A stretch of 64,000 nucleotides of DNA from an uncultured Acidobacteriota bacterium (GTDB lineage: Bacteria > Acidobacteriota > Thermoanaerobaculia > UBA5066 > Gp7-AA6), in the NCBI GenBank assembly GCA_963764715.1, contig CAVXTP010000014.1, forward strand, positions 96,001 to 160,000. Direction: 5' to 3'. The notes below the pieces were generated by a model, which saw only the letters and a list, made by a program, of their open reading frames with translations, was not told the origin of the DNA and made no database searches. A program made the position numbers and the translations under genes. How positions within the stretch are numbered: position 1 is the first letter of the stretch; every line of letters starts with the position of its first letter. Positions 20,206 to 29,309 of this stretch are shown here, piece by piece.

Positions 20206-20514
20206 TTAGACGGCTTTGGCTACGGCCTCCGCGAGGCCGGCCAGGGCGGCCTCGTTTCTCCGGTAGAACACCCATCGGCCCCGCTTCTCGGCCTCGACGA
20301 GGCCGCTGCGCCGGAGCAGGTCCATGTGATGCGAGACGGCCGCCTGGGAAAGGCCCACGGCGGTCTCGATGTCGCAGGCGCAGAGTCCCCGCTCGTCGCG
20401 GGCGATGAGCTCGCAGCAGGACTGGCCGCGCGACCTCAGCAGGTCCAGGATTTTCAGACGCGTCGGGTCCCCCAGCGCCTTGAAGATGACCACCAGCTCA
20501 TCGGCACGTCTCAT
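20206..20514 (-). CDS. arsR: ArsR/SmtB family repressor
   Basis: FKALGDPTRLKIL, LCACDI, LSQAAVSHH, KRGRWVFY. Confidence 0.9.
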   Translation of the reverse strand: MRRADELVVIFKALGDPTRLKILDLLRSRGQSCCELIARDERGLCACDIETAVGLSQAAVSHHMDLLRRSGLVEAEKRGRWVFYRRNEAALAGLAEAVAKAV

Positions 20515-20552
20515 ACATCGATAAATGTAGAACTGACGAAACCTTCTGTCAA
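20514..20552 (-). promoter_or_regulatory. Sigma70 promoter with overlapping palindromic operator for arsR-arsI-arsC
   Basis: TTGACA-17 nt-TACATT on the minus strand; inverted repeat TACAT-cgataa-ATGTA at 20514-20529. Confidence 0.7.
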
Positions 20553-20737
20553 GCCCCCGGAGTGAATTGCCGGAGAATGGGCTAACTTATTCTGCTAAAA
20601 GAGCTTTAATGGCAAAAAGAATCTGCTGGAACTGGCATCCGGGCAAAATTTTTCTGCCCGAACGGCCTCGCCGGCAGACGATTTCTACCTGTCGCCGCTG
20701 CCGCCGAGCCAGACTCCGCATCCGGGTCGGGCGCATC

Positions 20738-20784
20738 TTGACGACGGCGCTCCGACGTCCGTATATTTCGTGTAGTGACGAAAT
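20738..20784 (+). promoter_or_regulatory. Sigma70 promoter and palindromic operator for the acr3 operon
   Basis: TTGACG-18 nt-TATATT; perfect inverted repeat ATTTCGT-N6-ACGAAAT at 20765-20784. Confidence 0.7.
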
Positions 20785-21979
20785 GACGAAACCGGTCCCT
20801 CCCCCGCCGGCACTCCACGCACCGAAGGTGTTGGAGCCGAGCGTGGCCGGGAAGCTTTCCCTGCTCGACCGCTACCTGACCGTCTGGATCTTCGCCGCGA
20901 TGGCCCTGGGCGTGGGAATCGGCTACTTCATCCCGGCCTCGCACGCGTTCATCAGCCGCTTCGACGTGGGGACGACCAACATCCCCATCGCGATCGGTCT
21001 GATCCTCATGATGTATCCGCCGTTGGCGAAGGTGAAGTACGAGCAGATGGGCCGAATCTTCCGCGACTGGAAGATCATCGGGCTGTCCCTGGCGCAGAAC
21101 TGGATCATCGGCCCGATCCTGATGTTCGCCCTGGCGGCGCTGTTCCTCCACAACCATCCGGAGCTGATGGTCGGGTTGATCCTGGTCGGCATCGCCCGCT
21201 GCATTGCGATGGTGCTGGTCTGGAACGAGCTGGCTGGAGGCAACAGCGAGTACGCCGCGGGGCTGGTGGCGGTCAACAGCGTCTTCCAGGTCCTGTTCTA
21301 CGGCCTGTTCGCCTGGGTGTTCGTGACCGTGCTGCCGGGCCGGCTCGGCATCGACCTGTCGGTCGTCCAGGGCGCCGGCGGAAAAACGCTCCGGGACATC
21401 ACCATCGGAGAGATTTTCCGGAGCGTGTCGATCTACCTGGGTATCCCCTTCGCCGCGGGCATTCTCAGCCGCGTCATCCTGCTGCCGACGAAGGGCCGGG
21501 AGTGGTACGAGAAGAAGTTCATTCCCCGCATCTCGCCGGTCACTCTGGTCGCGCTGCTCTTCACGATCGCGATCATGTTCAGCTTCAAGGGCGACAAGAT
21601 CGTGCAGTTTCCGATGAAGGTGCTGCTGGTCGCCATTCCGCTGACGTGCTACTTCGCGCTGATGTTCCTGGTCACCTTCTTCATGGCCCGGCGGCTCGGA
21701 AGCGACTACAGCCGTAGCGCGACCCTGGCCTTCACGGCCTCGGGCAACAACTTCGAGCTGGCGATCGCCGTTGCGATCGCCGTCTTCGGCATCACCTCCG
21801 ACGTCGCGTTCGCCACGGTCATCGGCCCGCTCGTCGAAGTGCCGGTGCTGATCGGCCTCGTCCACGTGAGCCTGTACTTCCTTCGCCGGTTCTATGGAGG
21901 CAAGGTCGAGGGCGACGGCCTCGGGGCGGCGACGGCGGAAATGTCACGGGGCTTCGCACCCCGGAGGACGACGAAGTAA
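20783..21979 (+). CDS. acr3: Arsenite efflux permease Acr3
   Basis: [49 protein letters not shown]. Confidence 0.95.
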   Translation: MTKPVPPPPALHAPKVLEPSVAGKLSLLDRYLTVWIFAAMALGVGIGYFIPASHAFISRFDVGTTNIPIAIGLILMMYPPLAKVKYEQMGRIFRDWKIIGLSLAQNWIIGPILMFALAALFLHNHPELMVGLILVGIARCIAMVLVWNELAGGNSEYAAGLVAVNSVFQVLFYGLFAWVFVTVLPGRLGIDLSVVQGAGGKTLRDITIGEIFRSVSIYLGIPFAAGILSRVILLPTKGREWYEKKFIPRISPVTLVALLFTIAIMFSFKGDKIVQFPMKVLLVAIPLTCYFALMFLVTFFMARRLGSDYSRSATLAFTASGNNFELAIAVAIAVFGITSDVAFATVIGPLVEVPVLIGLVHVSLYFLRRFYGGKVEGDGLGAATAEMSRGFAPRRTTK

Positions 21980-22410
21980 TGCCAAAGCTTCCCGAGCTCG
22001 TGCGCATTCACAAGGCGCTGGCTCACCCGGTCCGTCTCCGCATCCTCGCGATGCTGCGGCGCGGCCCCCTCTGCGTCTGCCAGATGACGGCGGTCCTGCA
22101 GCTCGCCGCCTCCACCGTCTCGGCCCACCTGTCGGACCTGCGCCGGTCCGATCTCGTCCTGGAGCGCAAGGCCGGGAAGTGGGTCGAGTACCGCCTTGCG
22201 GACGATGCTTCCGACGCGGCCCTCGCAAGCATTCCCTGGGGAGACCTCGAGAAGGACACCATGGTCACGCGGGACCGGGCGCTTCTGAAGGAGCTCCGCA
22301 AGGTGCCCCTCGAGGAGCTCTGTCGCGTCGACCTCGATCTCTCCCGGCTCGGAATCCGGCTCCCCGTCCGGGACGCTCCCGCCTCCTCGAAACGCACGGA
22401 AAGCGCATGA
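21979..22410 (+). CDS. arsR: ArsR/SmtB family regulator
   Basis: KALAHPVRLRIL, LCVCQM, STVSAHL, GKWVEY. Confidence 0.88.
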   Translation: MPKLPELVRIHKALAHPVRLRILAMLRRGPLCVCQMTAVLQLAASTVSAHLSDLRRSDLVLERKAGKWVEYRLADDASDAALASIPWGDLEKDTMVTRDRALLKELRKVPLEELCRVDLDLSRLGIRLPVRDAPASSKRTESA

Positions 22411-23510
22411 CTCCGCAGATCCCGGCCACGCCCGCAAGCGTCTTTCCTTCCGGCGGCTCGCTCCCGGTCTTCAATCCGCCCGCGGCTCCGCCGGCCTCCC
22501 TGCCCCGCCGCCTCGCCCTCGTCGCCGGCGCAGGTCTCGCCTGGCTTCTCCTCTACGCGAGCCTCCCGGCGATTGCCGGCTGGATCACCCACGGGCTCCT
22601 TGGACTGCCGCCCGCGGGCCGCCTGTCCGAGGCGGTCCAGTTCTTCACCTACGACGCCCCGAAGGTGTTTCTCCTCCTCGTCGCCGTCGTCTACGCGGTC
22701 GGGATCGTCCACACCTTCGTGACGCCCGAACGGACGCGCCGGCTCCTCGCCGGCCGGCGCGAGGCGGCCGGCTACCCGCTCGCCGCCGCTCTCGGCGTCG
22801 TGACACCGTTCTGCTCGTGCTCGGCGGTGCCCCTCTTCATCGGGTTCGTCACGGCGGGCGTGCCGCTGGGCGTCACCTTCACGTTCCTGGTCGCGGCGCC
22901 CATGGTCAACGAGGTCGCACTCGTGCTCCTCCTCGGGCTCTTCGGCTGGAAGGTCGCGGGACTCTATCTCGTGACCGGCCTGGCCGTCGCAACGGCCGCC
23001 GGCGCCGTCATCGGGCGCCTCCACATGGAGGGCTCGGTGGAGGACTGGCTCTTCGCGACGCGGGCGAGCACCGAGCTCCGGGTGAACGCCCCCACGTGGG
23101 CGCAGCGGCTCGGCGACGCAGCCCTGTCGGTCCGCGACGTCGTCGGAAAGGTCTGGCTCTACCTCGTCGCCGGCATCGCGGTGGGGGCCATCATCCACGG
23201 CTACGTCCCGACCGACTTCATGGCGTCGTTCATGGGCCGGTCCTCGTGGTGGGCCGTGCCGCTCGCCGTCCTCATCGGCATCCCGATCTACTCGAACGCG
23301 GCGGGCGTCGTGCCGGTCGTCCAGGCGCTCCTCGCCAAGGGCGCGGCGCTCGGGACCGTGCTCGCCTTCATGATGGCGGTGATCGGGCTGTCGCTGCCCG
23401 AGACGATCCTCCTTCGCAAGGTCCTGAAGCGCCGGCTCATCGTCGTGTTCATCACCGTCGTCGCCATTGGAATCCTTCTCGTCGGCTATCTCTTCAACGC
23501 CATCCTCTGA
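22407..23510 (+). CDS. arsP: ArsP/DUF318 family permease
   Basis: TPFCSCSAVP, APMVNEV, GIPIYSNAAG, LSLPE. Confidence 0.85.
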   Translation: MTPQIPATPASVFPSGGSLPVFNPPAAPPASLPRRLALVAGAGLAWLLLYASLPAIAGWITHGLLGLPPAGRLSEAVQFFTYDAPKVFLLLVAVVYAVGIVHTFVTPERTRRLLAGRREAAGYPLAAALGVVTPFCSCSAVPLFIGFVTAGVPLGVTFTFLVAAPMVNEVALVLLLGLFGWKVAGLYLVTGLAVATAAGAVIGRLHMEGSVEDWLFATRASTELRVNAPTWAQRLGDAALSVRDVVGKVWLYLVAGIAVGAIIHGYVPTDFMASFMGRSSWWAVPLAVLIGIPIYSNAAGVVPVVQALLAKGAALGTVLAFMMAVIGLSLPETILLRKVLKRRLIVVFITVVAIGILLVGYLFNAIL

Positions 23511-23544
23511 TCCCAACCTGGTGAGTCACCAACCGGAGGCGCCC

Positions 23545-23793
23545 ATGGACACCATTCGAAAGATCGAGATCCTCGGCCCCGGCTGCAGCCGGTGCAAAGA
23601 GACGTACCGCGTCGTTCAGCAAGTGGTGGCCGAGGCCGGTGCGAGTTTCGAGGTGACGAAGGACGATTCCATCGAACGGATGCTCGAGCTCGGACTTCTC
23701 GCGACCCCCGGAGTCGTGGTGGACGGGAACGTAATGCTGTCGGGCCGCGTTCCGAAGCCTCAGGAAGTCCGCAGGCTCCTCGGCCTCGGATGA
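23545..23793 (+). CDS. Small thioredoxin-like redox-active disulfide protein
   Basis: [24 protein letters not shown]; GGAGG RBS. Confidence 0.88.
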   Translation: MDTIRKIEILGPGCSRCKETYRVVQQVVAEAGASFEVTKDDSIERMLELGLLATPGVVVDGNVMLSGRVPKPQEVRRLLGLG

Positions 23794-24221
23794 CGAAGGG
23801 CGTCCTCTTCCTCTGCGTCGCGAACTCCGCCCGCAGCCAGATGGCCGAGGGGCTCGCACGCGCGGCGTTTGGCGATCGAGTCCCGGTGGCGAGCGCAGGC
23901 TCGCACCCCACAGGCCTGAACCCGCTCGCGGTCAAGGCCCTCGCGGAGCTCGGCATCGACATCTCCGGGCAGCGCTCGAAATCCGTCGATTCCATCGATC
24001 CCAGCACGGTGGGCCTCGTCGTGACCCTCTGCGCGGACTAGGTCTGTCCGGTCTTCCTGGGCGAGGCCCGCCGCCTCCATTGGCCGCTCCCCGACCCGGC
24101 CGGGGCCCGGGGGACGGACGAGGAGCGCCTGGCGAAGTTCCGCCAGGTGCGCGACGAGATTCGCCGTTGGTTGCCATCCCTCTTCGAGGCTTCCGCCGGC
24201 ATCTCCGCACCCAGGACCTAA
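23790..24221 (+). pseudogene. arsC: Second ArsC (LMW-PTP fold) with an in-frame TAG at 24039-24041
   Basis: [15 protein letters not shown]...VTLCAD*VCPVFLG..HWPLPDP continues in frame to TAA at 24219-24221. Confidence 0.8.
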
Positions 24222-24322
24222 CGACACAGGAAACGAGTACCGGGGAAATCCGGCTGAGGCTCGTCAGACGCGAAGGCGATCCAAAGACTCCGGCTATCCG
24301 CCTCGGCCGGCACTCTGGCCCG

Positions 24323-25660
24323 CTACCGCGCCCCCGCTGCCTCGAAGGACTCGCGGATGATCGCGAGGGCCTCCTCGATGTCCGAGCGTCCGACGTTCAG
24401 GGCCGGCGCCACGCGGAAGACGTTGCCGTCGAGGCCGCTCTTTCCGACGAGGAGGCCGCGCCGGCGCGTTTCCTCGAAGACGCGATTCGTCAGGGCCTTC
24501 TCGGGCGTGCGGTTGCCCGCGGGTTCGTCTTCGACGAGCTCGATCGCCTGCATGAGGCCCATCCCGCGCACGTCGCCGACGTTCTTCGGGAAGCGGCGCT
24601 TGAGCTCCTCGAAGCCGTCGCGCAGGACCCGGCCCATCCGCTCGGCGTTGCCGGGCAGGTCCTCCTCCTCGATGATGCGGATCGTCGCGTTCGCCGCTGC
24701 GCACGCGACCGGGTTACCGCCGAAGGTCGAGATCGTCAGCGCCTTCAGCGAGGCCGCGATCTCGGGCGTCGCGACGCAGGCGCCGAGGGGCAGGCCGTTG
24801 GCGATGCCCTTGGCCATCGTCATGATGTCGGGCGCGACGCCGTAGTGCTCGATGCCCCAGAACTTGCCGCCGGTGCGGCCGAAGCCCGTCTGGACCTCGT
24901 CGCAGATGAAGACGCCGCCGTACTTCCTGACGATCCCGACGGCGATCTCGAAGTACTCCGGCGGCGGCGTGATGAAGCCGCCGACGCCCTGGATCGTCTC
25001 GGCGAGAAAGCCCGCGATCCGGCCGGAGGTCGTCGTCCGGATCAGCTCCTCGATGTCCTTCGCGCAGGCGACGCCGCAGGAGGGATACGTCAGTTTCAGC
25101 GGGCAGCGGTAGCAGTACGGCGCCATCGCGTGCTTGATGCCTGGGACCGGCGAAGCCAGCGGCTTCCAGGTCGAGACGGCCGTCAGCGACTGGGCGAGCA
25201 TCGAGCGTCCGGAGTAGCCGTGGCGCAGGGCGACGATCTCGGAGGCCCCGGTGTGGAGCTGCGCGAGCATGACCGCGGTCTCGTCGGCCTCCGTGCCCGA
25301 GCTCGCGAGGAAGCTCTGCCGCATGCGCCCGGGCGCCAGGCGCGCGAGCGTCTCGGCGAGCTCGACGGCGGGGATCGTCGGGTAGAGCGTCGAGACGTGC
25401 GAGAGCCGGCTGATCTGCGCGACGACGGCGGCGTTGACCTTCTCGTTGGCGTGGCCGACGGAGACGGTCAGGATCCCCCCGAAGAAATCGAGGTACTCGT
25501 TGCCGTCGGCGTCCTTGATCCGGAGGCCCCGGCCCTCCGTCAGGACGAGGGGCTCGGCGTAGTACTGGATCGTCGCGGGAAGCATGTACTCCTTGTGCTT
25601 CTCGCGGACCTCGCGCGTCGTCGCGCTCGTCGGGGCCTGGGCCTTCGTCGTCGTGGTCAT
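24323..25660 (-). CDS. Class III PLP aminotransferase (beta-alanine/alanine-glyoxylate aminotransferase 2-like)
   Basis: YLDFFGG, SGTEADE, ETIQGVGG, DEVQTGFGRTG, MAKGIANG, TFGGNP. Confidence 0.9.
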   Translation of the reverse strand: MTTTTKAQAPTSATTREVREKHKEYMLPATIQYYAEPLVLTEGRGLRIKDADGNEYLDFFGGILTVSVGHANEKVNAAVVAQISRLSHVSTLYPTIPAVELAETLARLAPGRMRQSFLASSGTEADETAVMLAQLHTGASEIVALRHGYSGRSMLAQSLTAVSTWKPLASPVPGIKHAMAPYCYRCPLKLTYPSCGVACAKDIEELIRTTTSGRIAGFLAETIQGVGGFITPPPEYFEIAVGIVRKYGGVFICDEVQTGFGRTGGKFWGIEHYGVAPDIMTMAKGIANGLPLGACVATPEIAASLKALTISTFGGNPVACAAANATIRIIEEEDLPGNAERMGRVLRDGFEELKRRFPKNVGDVRGMGLMQAIELVEDEPAGNRTPEKALTNRVFEETRRRGLLVGKSGLDGNVFRVAPALNVGRSDIEEALAIIRESFEAAGAR

Positions 25661-25686
25661 CGGAATCACCTCGAGCCGGGATCGGC

Positions 25687-25743
25687 GTAGGGGCGGGGCT
25701 TGTCCCCGCCCGGTTCAACAGGGCGGCCACAAGGGCCGCCCCT
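25687..25743. repeat. GTAG-type REP doublet
   Basis: GTAGGGGCGGGGCTTGTCCCCGCCC (identical to the 10903 copy) plus GGGCGGCCACAAGGGCCGCCCCT. Confidence 0.78.
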
Positions 25744-25754
25744 GGGACCGGGAC

Positions 25755-27203
25755 CTAAAACCAGCGTGAAATCACCACTTTCTTGTCCGTGTAGAACTCG
25801 TAGGCGTCGCGCCCGTGCGCCTTGAGGTCGCCGAAGAAGCTGTCCTTGGCCCCTCCGAACGGGAACTGGGCCATCGGCGCCGCCACGCCGATGTTCACCC
25901 CGACCATCGACGCGGTCGCGAGCCGCGCAAACTCCCGCGCGGCCTTGCCGCTCGACGTGAAGATCGAGGTCGCGTTCGCGTTCGGGTGGGCCTGCATGAC
26001 GCGGATCGCCTCCTCGAGGCTCCCGACGGGCGTGATGGACGCCACCGGGCCGAAGATCTCCTCGCGGCCGATCGCCATCCCGGGCGACACACCGTCGAAG
26101 ATCGTCGGTCCGAGGAAGAAGCCCTTCGCCCGGCTGGCCACGGGGTGCGCCCGGCCGTCGAGGACGAGACGGGCGCCCTCGGCGACGCCCTTCTCGATGT
26201 AGGAGACGACGCGCCGCCGGTGCGTGTCGCTGATGACCGGGCCCATCTCGACGCCCGGGGCCGCGCCGTCCCCGACCTTCAGCGCGTTCGCCGCCGTGGC
26301 GAGGCGCTCGCGCGCCTCCGCGTGGACGGGGCCGACGGGCAGCAGCACGCTGCCGGCGAGGCAGCGCTCGCCGGCGCAGCCGAAGAAGGACTCCGTGAGG
26401 ATCTCGATCGTCCGGTCGAGATCGGCGTCCGGCATCACGACGACGAAGTTCTTCGCGCCTCCGAGGGCCTGGACCCGCTTGCCCGCGTGCGTGGCGCGCC
26501 GGTATACGGCCTGCGCCACCGCCGTCGAACCGACGAAGGACACCGCGCGGATGCCGGGATGGTCGCAGATCGCTTCGACGACGGCGCGCCCCCCGTTGAC
26601 CAGGTTGACGACACCCGGCGGCAGGCCGCACTCCTCTAGAAGCGTCGCCATCAGGCGCTGCGTCAGGGGGACCTGCTCCGACGGCTTGACGATGAACGTG
26701 TTGCCCGTCGCGACGGCGAACGGGAGGAACCAGAGGGGCACCATCGCCGGAAAGTTGAAGGGCGCGATCGCGGCGCAGACGCCGAGCGGCTGGCGCAGCA
26801 CCTGGCAGTCGATGCCGGAGGCGATGTTCTCGAGGCCGTAGCCCATCATGAGCGAGGGCGTGCCGCAGGCCACCTCGACGCACTCGATCCCGCGCCGCAC
26901 ACTGCCCCGGGACTCGTCGAGGGTCTTGCCGTGCTCGCGCGTCACGGTCGCGGCGATCTCGTCGAAGTGCTCCTCGAGGAGCTCGCGGAACCGGAACATC
27001 GTGCGCGCGCGCGCGACGACGGGGGTGTCGCGCCAGCCGGGGAAGGCGGCCTTCGCGGCGGCGACCGCCCGATCGAGGTCCTCGCCGGTCGAGAGGGGGG
27101 TGCGCGCGATGACTTCGCCCGTCGCGGGGTTGTGGACGTCGAGGAAATCGGTCGCTCGCGAAGAGACCCAGGACCCGGCGATGAAGTTGGGGAGCGATTC
27201 CAG
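25755..27203 (-). CDS. mmsA: CoA-acylating (methyl)malonate-semialdehyde dehydrogenase; probable CTG start
   Basis: PFNFPAMVPLW, KPSEQVP, FVGST, GGAKN, AGERCLA, EIFGPV; homology extends upstream to ESLPNFIAGSW..VHNPATGE, preceded by GGAGG-N5-CTG. Confidence 0.92.
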   Translation of the reverse strand: MESLPNFIAGSWVSSRATDFLDVHNPATGEVIARTPLSTGEDLDRAVAAAKAAFPGWRDTPVVARARTMFRFRELLEEHFDEIAATVTREHGKTLDESRGSVRRGIECVEVACGTPSLMMGYGLENIASGIDCQVLRQPLGVCAAIAPFNFPAMVPLWFLPFAVATGNTFIVKPSEQVPLTQRLMATLLEECGLPPGVVNLVNGGRAVVEAICDHPGIRAVSFVGSTAVAQAVYRRATHAGKRVQALGGAKNFVVVMPDADLDRTIEILTESFFGCAGERCLAGSVLLPVGPVHAEARERLATAANALKVGDGAAPGVEMGPVISDTHRRRVVSYIEKGVAEGARLVLDGRAHPVASRAKGFFLGPTIFDGVSPGMAIGREEIFGPVASITPVGSLEEAIRVMQAHPNANATSIFTSSGKAAREFARLATASMVGVNIGVAAPMAQFPFGGAKDSFFGDLKAHGRDAYEFYTDKKVVISRWF

Positions 27204-27309
27204 TGGGACCTCCCGCGGACGGACGGCCGACGGCAGAGGAGACTATAGCCCCGCTCGTCCGCCGTCGGCGGTCCGCGGTCTGAAGCCTGAGTTCTTCGGT
27301 CTCTTCGAC

Positions 27310-27744
27310 CTATTCGTCGCAGTCGGGGCAGCCGAGAAACGGGATGGGGTCCGAGGGCGACGGGTGCGCGTCGCCGGCGATCCCGGCCCACGCGCCGCCG
27401 TGGGCGTGCCAGAGGTAGCACTCCAGGCGGTAGGCCTCGTTCGCGTCGTCGGCCAGGATCCACCCGAAAAGAACGTTGGGAATCGCGCTGCGGGCGTGCT
27501 GGAGGAGCCGCTGGCGAAGGTCGACGTCGTCCCGGCCGACCCTCTCGGAAACCTGGCCGTCGGCGGCCACGCTCTTCAGGAAGAAGACGCCGGGCCGGCC
27601 GGGCGGCACGTTCCGGGCGACGTTCTGCTCGGTCAGCCGGATCGCGGGCTGGATCCGAACGCTCGGCGGAAGACCCGGAAAGAGGGAAAGCTGCGCCGGG
27701 TCGAAGGGTGGAGGTTGCTGGCGTGCGCGCCCGGCGAGCCTCAT
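27310..27744 (-). CDS. Small GIY-YIG-like protein with N-terminal QLSLF motif and C-terminal metal-binding residues
   Basis: PGVFFL..RVGRDDVDLRQRLLQH..EAYRLECYLWH..HP..CPDC. Confidence 0.6.
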   Translation of the reverse strand: MRLAGRARQQPPPFDPAQLSLFPGLPPSVRIQPAIRLTEQNVARNVPPGRPGVFFLKSVAADGQVSERVGRDDVDLRQRLLQHARSAIPNVLFGWILADDANEAYRLECYLWHAHGGAWAGIAGDAHPSPSDPIPFLGCPDCDE

Positions 27745-27848
27745 CGTTGGGGCCCATTTTAGCAGGCCGGCGCGCGTTTCTCGAACTCCATCCCCGTTTC
27801 CGGCCGCTGGCGCTTGTACAATCGCGGCCGCTTCTACGAGGAGGACCG

Positions 27849-28412
27849 ATGAGACTGAAGACCGTTTCGCTGACGCTTCTCGGCGCCCTGGTGTCGTTCG
27901 GACTTCTGGCCCAGGGCGCGGGCGCGCCCACGGCGGCGCCGAAAGCCGCCGGCGTTCCGGGCGGAGCCGGGGGCACCAAGATCTCGGGAACGATGCGCTG
28001 CGGCAAGACCACGCGCAACGCCGTCGAAGTGGGCGACGAAGCGGGCCACGCCCTCGCGGTCGGGAAGACCCCCTGCACGTGGACCAAGGCGATGACGATC
28101 GGCGGCTCGACGACCAAGGAGGGCACGAGCTCGGCGCTGAGCGACGCACGCGGCGACGTTTCGTCGGATCACGGGTACCACGTCGGAACGATGGCGAACG
28201 GGGACAAGTACTTCGTCCGGTTCGACGGCCGCTCGGAGTCGAGCAAGGGCGCGCTGCAGGGCCAGATCGGGCGCTGGGGCTTCACGGGCGGCACCGGAAA
28301 GCTGACGGGCCTGCAGGGCCGCGGCACCTACAAGACCTCCGCCGCGGCCGCGGACGGATCGACGACCGTCGAGGTCGAAGGCGATTACCGGCTGCCCGAG
28401 CCGTCCAAGTAG
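27849..28412 (+). CDS. Secreted beta-rich hypothetical protein
   Basis: GAGGAGG RBS, signal peptide, WGFTGGTGKLTGLQGRGTY motif. Confidence 0.75.
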   Translation: MRLKTVSLTLLGALVSFGLLAQGAGAPTAAPKAAGVPGGAGGTKISGTMRCGKTTRNAVEVGDEAGHALAVGKTPCTWTKAMTIGGSTTKEGTSSALSDARGDVSSDHGYHVGTMANGDKYFVRFDGRSESSKGALQGQIGRWGFTGGTGKLTGLQGRGTYKTSAAAADGSTTVEVEGDYRLPEPSK

Positions 28413-28435
28413 CCGTGACGGCCGTGAGGTCGCGC

Positions 28436-28864
28436 ATGCTCGCGTCGAGGGCTCTGCTTCTTTCCGCCGCTCTCGGGCTCGCTGCCGCCGCGGAGGCGCT
28501 GCCGCCGCCCGGGGCCGGGGAATACGAGATGACGACCTACCAGGTCGCCTTCCTCCGGAAGGGGCCGGCCTGGACGCCCGGCTCGACGCCCGAGCTCGAG
28601 AAGCTCCAGGCCGCCCACCTCGCCCACATCGGAAAGATGGCCGAGAGCGGCAAGCTCATCATCGCCGGGCCCTTCTCCGACGGCGGGGACCTCCGCGGCA
28701 TGTTCATCTTCCGTGTCGACACGCTCGAGGAAGCGAAGGCGCTCGCCGAGCAGGATCCCGCCGTGAAGGCCGGGCGCCTCGTGCTCGAGTGGCATCCGTG
28801 GTTCGCGGCGAAGAACATCGTCGTCACGCCCCGCGCCCAGGCGCCGCCGGCCGCGCACCCTTAG
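28436..28864 (+). CDS. YciI/YCII-related domain protein, exported
   Basis: AHLAHI, LIIAGPF, RGMFIF, DPAVKAG. Confidence 0.85.
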   Translation: MLASRALLLSAALGLAAAAEALPPPGAGEYEMTTYQVAFLRKGPAWTPGSTPELEKLQAAHLAHIGKMAESGKLIIAGPFSDGGDLRGMFIFRVDTLEEAKALAEQDPAVKAGRLVLEWHPWFAAKNIVVTPRAQAPPAAHP

Positions 28865-28931
28865 CGCCGCGCCGGGGAATCCCCGGAATAGAATTGGCGC
28901 GCGCCCGGGTTGCCGGTGCGCGGAGGTACCC

Positions 28932-29309
28932 ATGCGACCGGCGATCCTGCGGTTTTCACTCGCTCTCTTCGCGGCCTGCGCCGCCGCGGCCGTTTCCGCC
29001 CTTCCGGGCCCGGATGCGCCGCCGACCTGCCCCGCGATCGACCCCCCGGCCGCCCCGGCCGGCGCCGGAGTGCGCGCGTTCGTCGATCCCGTGACACGGA
29101 AGCTCCGGCCGCCGACCGCCGCCCAGAAGCGTCAGCTGGTCGTGCCGGTCCGCGATCGGGCATCCCGAACCTACGCCGTGATCTTTCGGCCGGACGGGTC
29201 GCGCCTCGTCGAGCTCGACGACACGTTTTCGATGAGCGTCGTCGCGACCAGGGCTCCCGACGGCGCGCTCGAGTATCGCTGCGTCAACCGGCCGACCGAG
29301 GAGAAGTGA
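28932..29309 (+). CDS. Small secreted protein coupled to the downstream peptidase
   Basis: GGAGG RBS, signal peptide, AFVDPVTRKLRPPT motif; stop overlaps the next start (GTGA). Confidence 0.75.
   Translation: MRPAILRFSLALFAACAAAAVSALPGPDAPPTCPAIDPPAAPAGAGVRAFVDPVTRKLRPPTAAQKRQLVVPVRDRASRTYAVIFRPDGSRLVELDDTFSMSVVATRAPDGALEYRCVNRPTEEK

Noticed and set aside
24039-24041. Pyrrolysine or amber recoding
   Set aside because: TAG is a normal stop for many genes here (e.g. 6258, 28412, 54479), and no pyl genes are seen in the window.
24222-24322. Possible hammerhead ribozyme or riboswitch (CTGACGAG on the minus strand, local hairpin)
   Set aside because: No correctly placed GAAA core or supporting stems, and no convincing riboswitch consensus.
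19028-24322. Defined mobile element carrying the ars genes
   Set aside because: No integrase, transposase, tRNA target or terminal repeats were found.
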